DNA of 64,000 nt. Source: Candidatus Omnitrophota bacterium (lineage in GTDB: Bacteria; Omnitrophota; Gorgyraeia; Duberdicusellales; 4484-171). Numbering within the stretch: the first letter of the stretch is position 1; every line of letters begins with the position of its first letter. The notes under the pieces are model-generated. The model did not search any database, was not told where the DNA came from, and saw nothing but the letters and a program-made list of their open reading frames with translations. The translations under genes were made by a program, and so were the position numbers. The DNA is taken from positions 8,818 to 72,817 of the forward strand of contig JAQVMQ010000001.1 of the NCBI GenBank assembly GCA_028703535.1, written 5' to 3'. Shown here piece after piece: positions 10,150-20,345 of this stretch.

Positions 10150-12705
10150 ATGCAGAACGTAACACCCATGCAGAAACAATATCTGCAAATAAAAGACAAA
10201 TATAAAGATTGCATCCTCTTCTTCCGCCTTGGGGATTTTTATGAAATGTTCTATGACGATGCCGTAACTGCAAGCAAAATACTGGACCTGGTATTAACTT
10301 CACGAGGCACAACAGAAAAAAATAAATACCCTATGTGCGGTATACCTTTTCATGCTGCCGACAATTATATACCCAAACTTATTAAGGCGGGTAAAAAAGT
10401 AGCGATATGTGAACAAGTAGAAAACCCCCAAGATGCCGTCGGAATTGTCAAACGTGACGTTATCAGAATAATTTCATCCGGCACCTATATTGAAGAAAAC
10501 GCGCCCAACACAAAATATATACTATCTTTATCACCGTTCAAAAAATCTATTGGCGTAGCTTTTATCTCTACAGTTGGCGGAAAATTATATGTAAACCGTT
10601 ATTCGTCTAAAACGGATATATCCCAACTAATGTCATGCTTACATATAACTGAATGCATCTTCCCCGAAAGTTTCAATGACGAAGTAAAAAATATTATCAA
10701 AGCGTCATCTATCAGTTCTGATGATATCCTAATGTCACCCCGCCAAGACTGGCATTTCGATTACGAAATGTCAAAAAAATCCTTATTAAACCAATTTGAT
10801 GTACTGAACCTTTCGGGTTTCGGCATTGAAGATAACCCCGAAGCCGTATGTGCTTCCGGTGGACTACTTGAATACCTTAAGTTGATGAACAAACAACCGT
10901 TAAAACATATCTCAGCATTATCCGTATATAATCATTCCGAGTATACTTTTATATCATCAAGCGCCATTAAAGGTCTTGACATATCCGGCCTCTTCAACGT
11001 TATAGATTATACAGTAACCGCAATGGGAAAAAGAACACTGTCTTTTTGGGTACACCATCCGTTAAAAGATACCTCCTCTATAGAAAAACGTCAAAATGCC
11101 GTCAAACTGCTGCATGTCAATAAGAACATATCTGAAAGCATATTAAAAATCCTTAAATCTTTCCCCGACATTGAAAAGAACATATCCCGTCTAAGTTGCG
11201 GATACACACAAGCAAAAGATTTCCTGGCATTACGGAACGCTCTTTTAAAAGTACCTTTACTGCTGCAAAACCTGGCTCACTTAAAAACACAAAATGACCT
11301 TTTATCATTAAACGATATAACGCAACTTCGTTTACTGCTGGCAAGAAGTATCAATCCCGACATGCCATTATCCAATTATGAAGGTAAAGTGATCCAGAAA
11401 GGTTATAATATAGAATTGGATAATATACGAGATATACAAGAGAACGCCTCAAAGCGTTTAAAAGACCTCCAGGCTCGTGAAATAAAAAAAACCGGCATTA
11501 ATTCCCTAAAAATCGGATTTAATAAAATCTTCGGATACTATATTGAAATAACAAAATCGAACCTCTCATCTATAGGCCCTGACTATATACGTAAACAGAC
11601 GCTGGTAAACGCTGAACGATTCATTACTCCCGAACTCAAAGAATTTGAAGAAACAATGCTGACTGCACAGGAAAAAGTCCTTTCGTTAGAAGAAAAACTT
11701 ATAAAGGAAATAAAAAACACGATACTTTCATACTCAAGTCAGCTATCTGAATTGGCTTCATCAATAGCAAATATAGACAGTCTCAATGCTCTAGCCTATC
11801 TATCACATAAAAAAGACTATATATTGCCGAAAATAAATAATTTAACCAGCATAAATATAATCGACGGCCGTCATCCGCTTGTAGAAGATACAGTTGCCGA
11901 CTTTATACCTAACGATACTGTTCTTGACTGTGACGATAACCATCTTTTGTTGATAACAGGTCCTAACATGGCAGGTAAATCTACTTACATACGTCAAACA
12001 GCCTTATTAGTAATACTGGCACAAATAGGAAGCTATATACCCGCAAAAACAGCCGAAATCGGCATTGTAGATAAGATATTCACACGTATAGGCGCACAAG
12101 ACAATATTGACAAAGGACAAAGCACTTTCATGGTCGAAATGAGCGAAACAGCCGAAATAATTAATAATCTGTCATCAAACAGCTTGGTAATCTTAGACGA
12201 AATCGGACGGGGCACAAGCACATTCGACGGATTGAGCCTTGCATGGTCAATAGCTGACTACCTCGGGAAAAAACACGTACGTACACTTTTTGCAACTCAT
12301 TTTCACGAGTTGACCGCTTTGAAAAATGACTTTAAAGGAATGAAGAACTACAATGTATCGGTAAAAGAATGGCAAGACAAGATCATTTTCTTACATAAAA
12401 TTATATCCGGCGCAGCCGACGATAGTTACGGCATATACGTAGCTAAACTTGCCGGCATACCCAAAGAGATAATCAATCACGCTAAACATATTCTTCTGAA
12501 CCTTGAGACATCAGGCAATCTGGAAGATCATATACGAATGAAAAAACATAAAGAAATACAGCCTACGTTATTTGATAAGCACGTACCATCTGCGACAACA
12601 CCTATAATAGATGAGCTTTCTGAACTTGATATAAATACATTGACGCCTCTCGATGCCCTGAATAAAATAACTCAATGGCAAAAAAGGATAAATAATAATG
12701 GCTAA
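10150..12705 (+). CDS. mutS: DNA mismatch repair protein MutS
   Basis: TPMQKQYLQIKDKYKDCILFFRLGDFYEMF N-terminus, Walker A GPNMAGKSTYIRQ, C-terminal HTH region. Confidence 0.95.
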   Translation: MQNVTPMQKQYLQIKDKYKDCILFFRLGDFYEMFYDDAVTASKILDLVLTSRGTTEKNKYPMCGIPFHAADNYIPKLIKAGKKVAICEQVENPQDAVGIVKRDVIRIISSGTYIEENAPNTKYILSLSPFKKSIGVAFISTVGGKLYVNRYSSKTDISQLMSCLHITECIFPESFNDEVKNIIKASSISSDDILMSPRQDWHFDYEMSKKSLLNQFDVLNLSGFGIEDNPEAVCASGGLLEYLKLMNKQPLKHISALSVYNHSEYTFISSSAIKGLDISGLFNVIDYTVTAMGKRTLSFWVHHPLKDTSSIEKRQNAVKLLHVNKNISESILKILKSFPDIEKNISRLSCGYTQAKDFLALRNALLKVPLLLQNLAHLKTQNDLLSLNDITQLRLLLARSINPDMPLSNYEGKVIQKGYNIELDNIRDIQENASKRLKDLQAREIKKTGINSLKIGFNKIFGYYIEITKSNLSSIGPDYIRKQTLVNAERFITPELKEFEETMLTAQEKVLSLEEKLIKEIKNTILSYSSQLSELASSIANIDSLNALAYLSHKKDYILPKINNLTSINIIDGRHPLVEDTVADFIPNDTVLDCDDNHLLLITGPNMAGKSTYIRQTALLVILAQIGSYIPAKTAEIGIVDKIFTRIGAQDNIDKGQSTFMVEMSETAEIINNLSSNSLVILDEIGRGTSTFDGLSLAWSIADYLGKKHVRTLFATHFHELTALKNDFKGMKNYNVSVKEWQDKIIFLHKIISGAADDSYGIYVAKLAGIPKEIINHAKHILLNLETSGNLEDHIRMKKHKEIQPTLFDKHVPSATTPIIDELSELDINTLTPLDALNKITQWQKRINNNG

Positions 12706-14467
12706 AGTAAATCTTTTATCCCCTGATATCATAAGTAAAATAGCTGCAGGCGAAGTGATTGACCGCCCATCGTCAATAATAAAAGAATTGCTCGAAAACT
12801 CTATAGATGCAGAAGCCGGTAATATCGAAATACACCTAAAACAATCGGGAAAAAAAGAAATAATCATACGTGATAACGGCACAGGGATAGAACCGGATGA
12901 TATAGAAACAATATTCAAACGCCACTCAACAAGTAAAATAAAACAAACAGCTGACCTTTACAATATCGCCACACTTGGTTTCCGCGGCGAGGCTCTTTAC
13001 AGTATCTCTTCCGTATCAGATATAACAATAAAAAGCAAAACCCTGGAATCAGAAACTGGTTGGCAAATAAACATGCGCGCTAACGAAAAAATATCACTCA
13101 CACCCATTGCCATGTCAAACGGGACAGAAATAACCGTTAAAGAAATATTCTTTAACACACCGGCCAGAAAAAAATTCCTTAAAACCGATTCTACGGAATT
13201 ACATAATATTATAGGTGTTTTAACTCCATATATGCTTCTGTTTCCCGGAAAAACTTTCAAGCTTACAAACAATAAAAAAACTATATTGGACGCGCCGGAA
13301 CCGTCACAAAAAACAGCACGTATATCCGAAATACTAAAACTAAACAAAAACGACATAATACACCGTTCACTCAAGCTTGCCGAGTACAGTATGTCAATTG
13401 ATTTTTTTCTCGGTAGTATAAACATCCAGCAGCCTAGAAAGACCATGCAGTTTGTTTTTGTCAATAACCGGCCCGTATACAACTACCGCATACCATTCCA
13501 AATAAACCAGGCATACAGGACATTGTTGCCTCAAAATATATTTCCTTTTTTTGCGATATTCATATCTATGCCGCCAGAAGATATAGATTCCAACATTCAC
13601 CCCAGTAAAAAAGAAATACAAATAAAAGACGAACAAAGAATAGCGCAAATATTGCGATACAAATGTCAAGACATAATCCTTACTGATTCTGATCCAAAAC
13701 AAGCAGTACTACTGCCGGTTAATCAAGAAAATAAACTGGACTTCCCCCGTCTCATAGATACAATTTTTGAACCTTCGGATCCTTACAAAAAACCAACCCC
13801 CTACACTGACACCGCGTCCGCCTTGCCGGCAATCCCTGAAAAAAATGCTAAAACCCCCGTTTTGGATATGTCACTCATAAAAATAAGACCGAACACATTA
13901 AAAGAAAAACTCCACACAGCTCAATATATAGGTAGTTATATAAAAAAATATTTATTTTTTGAATCCGGCACTTCATTATTAATTGCTGATCAACACGCTG
14001 CGCAGGAACGTATAACATATGAAGCACTGATCTCTCAAATAGAAAAAAGTAAAATAGAAATACAGCCTCTGCTTTCACCTATAACTATGAAAATATCAGC
14101 CCAGGAGATGGTCATATGGGAAATAATACATGATAAGTTGAAAGAGTTCGGTTTTGAAACTACGCTGTGGTCATCCGACACAATAGCTTTACATGCCTAT
14201 CCCATGTTAATAAAAAAACCCCAGACAGCTTTACTTAATTTTTTATCTCCTGACACAAAAAACGATCGGCAATTGGATACCGAGACCATAGCGAAAAGAG
14301 CATGCAAAGGCTCACTGACTGCCGGATATGATATGTCCCCGCAACAAGCAGATTATATAATAAAAAACCTCTTAAAATGTAAGGACCCATTCACCTGCCC
14401 GCACGGCCGTCCGACCTTGATAGAAATAAAAGAGCCTGTGTTTGAAAAACAATTCTTACGAATATAA
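12698..14467 (+). CDS. mutL: DNA mismatch repair protein MutL
   Basis: GHKL ATPase N-terminus (AAGEVIDRPSSIIKELLENSIDA, DNGTGI), C-terminal dimerisation domain; overlaps mutS by 8 nt. Confidence 0.9.
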   Translation: MAKVNLLSPDIISKIAAGEVIDRPSSIIKELLENSIDAEAGNIEIHLKQSGKKEIIIRDNGTGIEPDDIETIFKRHSTSKIKQTADLYNIATLGFRGEALYSISSVSDITIKSKTLESETGWQINMRANEKISLTPIAMSNGTEITVKEIFFNTPARKKFLKTDSTELHNIIGVLTPYMLLFPGKTFKLTNNKKTILDAPEPSQKTARISEILKLNKNDIIHRSLKLAEYSMSIDFFLGSINIQQPRKTMQFVFVNNRPVYNYRIPFQINQAYRTLLPQNIFPFFAIFISMPPEDIDSNIHPSKKEIQIKDEQRIAQILRYKCQDIILTDSDPKQAVLLPVNQENKLDFPRLIDTIFEPSDPYKKPTPYTDTASALPAIPEKNAKTPVLDMSLIKIRPNTLKEKLHTAQYIGSYIKKYLFFESGTSLLIADQHAAQERITYEALISQIEKSKIEIQPLLSPITMKISAQEMVIWEIIHDKLKEFGFETTLWSSDTIALHAYPMLIKKPQTALLNFLSPDTKNDRQLDTETIAKRACKGSLTAGYDMSPQQADYIIKNLLKCKDPFTCPHGRPTLIEIKEPVFEKQFLRI

Positions 14468-14536
14468 CACATATTTTTTCACATAACGCCCAACATGCTA
14501 CTTGTATAATTACACGCTTATAGTAAAATAAATTCC

Positions 14537-15331
14537 ATGACACTCTATATACTCATATTTCTTGGTATAATTTTTTTCTCCATCGGTATAATCCTGGTAC
14601 TAAAAAACGTATTCCTAGTTTCGCACTATAAGAATCAAGCTCTTTCACTTAAAAAAAAATATGATGAGACATTACATGAAATAAACGATCAACAAACACG
14701 AATAAAAAATGACTTCAAAGATTCTAATAAAAAAATAGCCGAGCTTTCAAAAAAACTCCAGGAAACAACTGCCGAAAAAGACGTTCAGATCTCAAAATTA
14801 GAGAATGAATTAGCAAAAAAACAAACAACAAGTACAGACAACGCTCCGGCCCACAATGACCATGAAATAAAGACCTTACGCGAGACATTATCAGAAAAGT
14901 ATGAAATAATAAAACAACTTAATCAAGAAATCTTATCATTTAAAAAAAATATGTCGGAAAGCCCGAAAAACTCAGATAATGCCAACACTTTAAAAAACGA
15001 ATTAACTTTTTCTCATGAAGAAGTTAAAAAACTAAAAATACAAATTATTGATCTGGAGACTAAATTAAGCGCAACCGAACAAGCATTATCCTTCGCCAAC
15101 AACCAGTTAAAATGTTTTTCTGAAAACGAGCCCGATAATACCGAAGATATCCTGAAAAGTAAACCGATAATAATGTCCGCGCCTGCCTCTACGGAAAAAA
15201 CCATACCCGCTGAAAATCTAAACGGTCCTACGCCTTCCGCAGGCCAAACGGATAAAGACAACGAGAAAAAATCTTTGCTATCGATATTAGATAACGAAAA
15301 AAAGAAAGAAAAAGAAGAAAATGAAAAATAA
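14537..15331 (+). CDS. Membrane-anchored coiled-coil protein (N-terminal TM, K/E-rich coiled coil, Lys/Glu C-terminal tail)
   Basis: Hydrophobic residues 1-25, heptad-rich remainder; no recognisable enzymatic motif. Confidence 0.5.
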   Translation: MTLYILIFLGIIFFSIGIILVLKNVFLVSHYKNQALSLKKKYDETLHEINDQQTRIKNDFKDSNKKIAELSKKLQETTAEKDVQISKLENELAKKQTTSTDNAPAHNDHEIKTLRETLSEKYEIIKQLNQEILSFKKNMSESPKNSDNANTLKNELTFSHEEVKKLKIQIIDLETKLSATEQALSFANNQLKCFSENEPDNTEDILKSKPIIMSAPASTEKTIPAENLNGPTPSAGQTDKDNEKKSLLSILDNEKKKEKEENEK

Positions 15332-15671
15332 GAAAGCATTATCCCATATTCTTGGAGTAATATTATTGTTTTTATCAGGCATATGCTTAATGACTGCCAT
15401 ATACATGCAAGACACAAAGTATAACACGAAAACGTTTGAGCCTTTAACATCCACTTTATGGAATCATGACGGTAAACTTATAATAAACTCAGGTTACAAA
15501 AATAACCTAAAAGAAAACCAAATATTCATTATAACTGAGGGCACAAAGATAATAGGTGTGATCAAAGCACTTAATGTAGAAGAAAATATATCAAATGCCG
15601 TTCTTCTGACTTCTGAAATATCGAAACTTGACAAAGAATACTATACTATATCAAAACTTAACATTATTTAA
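15321..15671 (+). CDS. Small membrane/secreted protein (N-terminal TM or signal)
   Basis: ALSHILGVILLFLSGICLMTAIYM hydrophobic segment; overlaps upstream gene by 11 nt (operon). Confidence 0.4.
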   Translation: MKNKKALSHILGVILLFLSGICLMTAIYMQDTKYNTKTFEPLTSTLWNHDGKLIINSGYKNNLKENQIFIITEGTKIIGVIKALNVEENISNAVLLTSEISKLDKEYYTISKLNII

Positions 15672-17871
15672 GTTCTTCGTTACATAAAGATCTGAGTTTA
15701 TCAATATCAGACTTAAGTAATTTTATCTTCAACAAATAATCTTCACTCTTAGAATCCTCATAAACCGGTGTAATCTCTTTTTCACGTCCATAAAGATAAT
15801 ATTCATCATAGGAGATCGGCTCATTACTTTTTTTAAACTCCTGTTGGTTCAACTCTATATCGCGCGTAAAATCGCTACTTATTTCACCCGAAATATCTGT
15901 TGCCTGTAGTTTCCCATTATCAGTATCGGCTGATATTTCTTTTTTGACATTTTCATAGTTTGCCTTTAATTGTTCTTTTTCCATGTCATGTTTTTCTGAA
16001 TTTCTGACAAACCTGTCGGTCAAGCCATCCAGTTCAGTCTTTAATTTTTCTATTATAATCTGCTTACCCGCATTCTCAGCCTCCAATTCCTCTACACGTT
16101 CCTTTAACCCCTTGCAATAGGCATCAGTTTTTGCGCTACCATCAGATATTTTTTTATTGAGACTATCTATTATTTTTTCTTTATCCGAATTATCTTTCTC
16201 TAATCCCATTATTTTTTTATGCAATTCGTTTTGAACATTTTCAATAAAATTATTAAAAGAAATATTTTCATTCTTCAGATTATCGTTTTCCCGCTTAAGA
16301 TCGCCTATCTCAGCTTCAAGGTTCTTAATAACCGTTATATCCGAATCTATATTCCTGTTCTTATGAGTAATCTCTCCTTTTAATTCTGATACTTGGTCGG
16401 TTAAAAACGTATTCTGTGCGATAAGTTCTTTATTTCTACCTTCAATTTTTAATTTTTCCTCAATAATAACGGCAGAAGATTCTTTGTCCAAAACAATTTT
16501 TGTAGTTAATTCCTCTAACTTGGACCTGAGTTCTTCATTTTCCAATTCTATTTTTTTATATGCACTGTCGGATTCATTTAAATTTAACCCGAATTCACGC
16601 AAATCATCTTCTAGTTTTTTATTTTTATTGCTCAGCGTTTCAACCTGCCCGGCCAAAACTTTATTAGCAGCCGCTAATCCCTTATAATTATCGAAATCCT
16701 TCTTAGATTGTTCACTATCTTTTTTTAATTTAGCCAACTGTTCGGACAACAATTTATTAGCATCCGTCAAACGCTCCACCACCTTAGTATTATCTTTAAA
16801 ACCTGCCGTAACATCGGCAAGTTCTTTGCGGGCAGTATCCAATTCTTTTTTGCTTTTATCGGTCAAATCCACCTGCTGATTAAGCTGTGTCAATAAATCA
16901 TTGTTCATTTCTTTGTATTTCTGTATGTCTTGCATTGTCGCCGCTGTCTGCTTATTCGACATCGCATTGTCCTTTAATAAGCTTATTTCTTTTTTCGCCT
17001 CAATAGTCTCCTTCTTTAGCCGCGCATTTTCATCTTTAAGACGCTCAATAACGGTCTCGTATCCGCTTGCGTCATGTTCCTTGTCAGCCTGTGATACCTC
17101 AGATTCGATTTGATCTTTTGCCTCAGCCATAGCAATGCGTGTCTGAAATGCTTCCACCTGTCTCTTTAAAACTTCATTTTCATTACGCAAAACTTCAGCC
17201 TCGCGCTTGAGCAACAAAACATTTTTTTCACTTTCGCTCATCTGTTCTTCAAAATCCGAAGCCATTTCAATCATATAATCATCTTTTTCCTTAACTTTAT
17301 TTGTTAAAAAAATTACCCTGTCCCTTAAGTCAGCAAGCTCAGAGCTCTGTCCAGCTTTAAAAGGTTTATTAATATCATTTAACTGTTTTTTTAATGCAAC
17401 TATCTGCCGCTCATTGTCGAGCTTACTGTCAACAAGCATACTTTTCTCAAGTTCATATTGTTTATTTAGAGCTTCAATCTGGGCAAGTTTATTCTGATAA
17501 TCTTTTTCACTATCACCGGCTTTAACAGCTGTTTCTTTATATTTCTGTGCTTCAGATACAGCTTTCTCCTTTGCCTGTATTAAAGTCTTAATATCCGCCC
17601 TGTACTTCTCAATTTCTTTACTTGCAGATTCTAGAGCCTGATTTAATTTATTCATTCTTTCTTCTTGCAATGAATATTCAGCTTTTAATTCTAAATTCTC
17701 TTTTGAAAGAATATCTTTAGTGTTATCCTTCTGTAATGTTTCCAATTTTGCGGTGAGCTGCTTATTATCTTCAATAAGCTGGTTAAGAAGATTCTTGTCC
17801 TGCGTATATCCGAAAAAAGTCTGACATAAAATAAACAACGAAAAGAGAAAAATTTTGAAATTATTATTCAA
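15664..17871 (-). CDS. Large secreted/membrane-anchored coiled-coil protein (735 aa), TTG start
   Basis: N-terminal hydrophobic signal/anchor followed by about 700 aa of K/E/L-rich heptad repeats; start codon is TTG at 17869-17871 preceded by AAGGAG. Confidence 0.55.
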   Translation of the reverse strand: MNNNFKIFLFSLFILCQTFFGYTQDKNLLNQLIEDNKQLTAKLETLQKDNTKDILSKENLELKAEYSLQEERMNKLNQALESASKEIEKYRADIKTLIQAKEKAVSEAQKYKETAVKAGDSEKDYQNKLAQIEALNKQYELEKSMLVDSKLDNERQIVALKKQLNDINKPFKAGQSSELADLRDRVIFLTNKVKEKDDYMIEMASDFEEQMSESEKNVLLLKREAEVLRNENEVLKRQVEAFQTRIAMAEAKDQIESEVSQADKEHDASGYETVIERLKDENARLKKETIEAKKEISLLKDNAMSNKQTAATMQDIQKYKEMNNDLLTQLNQQVDLTDKSKKELDTARKELADVTAGFKDNTKVVERLTDANKLLSEQLAKLKKDSEQSKKDFDNYKGLAAANKVLAGQVETLSNKNKKLEDDLREFGLNLNESDSAYKKIELENEELRSKLEELTTKIVLDKESSAVIIEEKLKIEGRNKELIAQNTFLTDQVSELKGEITHKNRNIDSDITVIKNLEAEIGDLKRENDNLKNENISFNNFIENVQNELHKKIMGLEKDNSDKEKIIDSLNKKISDGSAKTDAYCKGLKERVEELEAENAGKQIIIEKLKTELDGLTDRFVRNSEKHDMEKEQLKANYENVKKEISADTDNGKLQATDISGEISSDFTRDIELNQQEFKKSNEPISYDEYYLYGREKEITPVYEDSKSEDYLLKIKLLKSDIDKLRSLCNEELK

Positions 17872-17899
17872 TCCAGTCTCCTTTAATTAAATTATAAAT

Positions 17900-17928
17900 A
17901 TAATATTCCCTGCCGCAAGAAATGTCAA
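17900..17928 (-). promoter_or_regulatory. Sigma70-type promoter TTGACA-17-TATTAT for the coiled-coil gene
   Basis: Consensus -35 (complement of 17923-17928) and -10 (complement of 17900-17905) with 17-nt spacer, 30 nt upstream of SD/TTG start. Confidence 0.5.
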
Positions 17929-17966
17929 GCAATGCGTTACTTAGGCATTATCTAAAAGTTATTTTA

Positions 17967-18551
17967 TTAACGTTTTATATTAGGTAATTTTTCCCACCAT
18001 AACATGCTTTCATCGGATTTTATATGGGCCCATAGACTAAGAGCAGTTTTTGTGCGTAAAAGTTTAGCTGATTTTTTAAGAAATTTTTCAGCCTGAGGAT
18101 ATCCATAATTAATATACTCTTTTGCCTGTATAAGACATTCTATTATATCGGCATCCCGGGCGATCAGACTTTCTCCTGTTTTTTGTTCCAAATACTCTTT
18201 TCTAAGACCGGCCAGTTCCGAACGGATATTCTCAGGTAAAAATTCTATTTGTTCAAAAAACGCTTTATTTTCTATCTCTGGCAGATCAATATAACGTTGT
18301 GCCATCTTATGTAAATCCGTTATACGAGCCTCATGAATATCATTAAAAAGTGTCATTAATAACACTTTAAACTTGTCCGCTCTTTCCATCCCGGCCAAAA
18401 TGTAACCTATAACCGCACAACGGAAACAATGATCCGCAACAGATTCAGGGTTTTTTATACCCAGCACGTTCCACCCGGATCTTGGCATATTTTTCAACAT
18501 ACCCGCCTCAGCAATGAACTGTGCCAAAAAATCCATTTTATTTCTTTTCAT
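17967..18551 (-). CDS. HD-domain phosphohydrolase (YfbR-like 5'-deoxynucleotidase family)
   Basis: H...HD...D metal motifs (ADHCFRCAV, HDIHEARITD); start placed at internal Met to avoid 41-nt overlap with upstream gene (alternative 18536 or 18578). Confidence 0.65.
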   Translation of the reverse strand: MKRNKMDFLAQFIAEAGMLKNMPRSGWNVLGIKNPESVADHCFRCAVIGYILAGMERADKFKVLLMTLFNDIHEARITDLHKMAQRYIDLPEIENKAFFEQIEFLPENIRSELAGLRKEYLEQKTGESLIARDADIIECLIQAKEYINYGYPQAEKFLKKSAKLLRTKTALSLWAHIKSDESMLWWEKLPNIKR

Positions 18552-19317
18552 ACAAACATCTCTGTTTAACGGCTTCATAACATATAATCGCAGCCGCAGT
18601 ATTAATATTTAAAGATAACGGTGCACCCTCCATAGGTATAGATATTTTCAAATCTAATACTTTAGCTATCCCGTCACGTATCCCTTTACCTTCAGAGCCT
18701 AACACAATACCAAGCGGAAACGGCATTTTAGTCTCATATATACTATCCGCCAAATTGTCCGCCATAGTACCCGCAACCCAATAACCTGAATCTTTTGCCT
18801 GTCGTACCGCACTAACGATATTAGTGACCTTAGCCACAGGCACATAATTCTCACCGCCGGATGCAATATGTAAAACTGTCTCAGTAATATCACACGCATT
18901 ATATTTCGGAATAACTACTGCAAAGCCGCCAAGACACGCGCACAAACGTATTACAGCCCCCACATTCACCGGATCAAACACCGAATCAAGAAAGACTAAT
19001 ATACGTTTGTCATCAGCCGTAAGAATGTCCGAAAAATCAGTAAATGCGAACTGTTTTATCTTTGCGATAACACCCTGGTGATTTTCAACGTTTTTTATCC
19101 TTGCTAAATCCCTGGCAGACACTACCTCAACTTCTATACGTTGAGACTCGCTGAATTTTATTATATCTTTGTCCTTAAATCCTTCTTTAAAAAATATTTT
19201 TTTTATCGAAGCGGGATTATTTTTAAGACGTTCAAAAACTGAATTTTTCCCATACAGAAAAAAATTTCCTCTAGCAGTTTTATCTTCTATCTTTTTATAT
19301 TTATAATTCCTGCCCAT
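18538..19317 (-). CDS. SpoU/TrmH-family RNA 2'-O-methyltransferase (RlmB-like)
   Basis: SPOUT C-terminal motifs LGSEGKGIRDG...IPMEG...SLNINTAAAIICYE. Confidence 0.75.
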   Translation of the reverse strand: MGRNYKYKKIEDKTARGNFFLYGKNSVFERLKNNPASIKKIFFKEGFKDKDIIKFSESQRIEVEVVSARDLARIKNVENHQGVIAKIKQFAFTDFSDILTADDKRILVFLDSVFDPVNVGAVIRLCACLGGFAVVIPKYNACDITETVLHIASGGENYVPVAKVTNIVSAVRQAKDSGYWVAGTMADNLADSIYETKMPFPLGIVLGSEGKGIRDGIAKVLDLKISIPMEGAPLSLNINTAAAIICYEAVKQRCLYEKK

Positions 19318-19325
19318 AGATTTAA

Positions 19326-19673
19326 TTATTCCGACAAATAACTGTTAAGCTCTTTTATTTTTTGAACACAAATCTGCACGGCCTTAGCGCACTGTGTAAT
19401 ATCTTCCTGGGAAAAATAATTTGTACCCAGAGATGCCATGATTCCGGAAGAACTTTCATATAACTGACCCGCCTGCATAAACAGTTTCTGTGCTTCAAAC
19501 GCTTTTGTTTTGTCTAAAGTTGCATCAGTCAGATTAACCGCCGCAGTAAAAAGCATACTGGCAGCTTTAATATCAGAAAAAGCCTTCTGTCTTAACTCAT
19601 CAGGTGAGTTTTGTCCGAAACAAAGAAAAGAAAACACACAACACACAGCAAAAAAACAACTAATTACACGCAT
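19326..19673 (-). CDS. Small secreted hypothetical protein
   Basis: Signal-peptide-like N-terminus; tightly packed between flanking genes (8 nt and 1 nt gaps). Confidence 0.4.
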   Translation of the reverse strand: MRVISCFFAVCCVFSFLCFGQNSPDELRQKAFSDIKAASMLFTAAVNLTDATLDKTKAFEAQKLFMQAGQLYESSSGIMASLGTNYFSQEDITQCAKAVQICVQKIKELNSYLSE

Positions 19674-19674
19674 A

Positions 19675-20310
19675 TCATCCCCCTGTAATTTTTAAAAAGG
19701 TTAATATCATATTAAAAATAATCTTATATATTCCGTTAATAACCGGATCTAAAAAATTAAAATATAAAAGTACGAATATTATTATAATACCGTACCTCTC
19801 AAGTTTAATCAAAATTTTCTTTACATTTTTCGGAGCAAGTGCCAAAACAACCCGCGAACCATCTAACGGTGGTATCGGTATTAAATTAAACGTAGCCAAT
19901 AATACATTTACCTGTATTAGCATAGTAAAAAACATTTCAAAAAAATCGTTCATAAGAAAATTTAAACGTACTAAGAAAAACGCTCCGACAAAAGCAATAA
20001 TCAGATTAACGAAACACCCGGCAAGAGAAACTGCAATAAACGCAAACTTATTGGGCCACAGACATGAATAATCTACAGGCACCGGCTTTGCCCACCCGAA
20101 CCCTACAAAAAGCAAAAAGAATGTTCCCAGGAAATCAAAATGTACTTTCGGATTAAGTGAAAGACGACCTGCATTCTTGGCTGTATCGTCACCAAATTTA
20201 TACGCTGTCCAGCCATGGGCAACTTCATGAAGTATAACAGAAAACGACAAGGCGATAAATAACGCCAAAAACAGAAACGGTTCCTTAAATAAAAGTGAGA
20301 TAAAACCCAA
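19675..20310 (-). CDS. Site-2 protease family (M50B) intramembrane zinc metalloprotease
   Basis: HEVAHGW (HExxH) in TM helix plus NLIPIPPLDGSR LDG motif. Confidence 0.75.
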   Translation of the reverse strand: MGFISLLFKEPFLFLALFIALSFSVILHEVAHGWTAYKFGDDTAKNAGRLSLNPKVHFDFLGTFFLLFVGFGWAKPVPVDYSCLWPNKFAFIAVSLAGCFVNLIIAFVGAFFLVRLNFLMNDFFEMFFTMLIQVNVLLATFNLIPIPPLDGSRVVLALAPKNVKKILIKLERYGIIIIFVLLYFNFLDPVINGIYKIIFNMILTFLKITGG

Positions 20311-20345
20311 AATAGAACTTTATTTTTTTAGAATAATAGATATCT

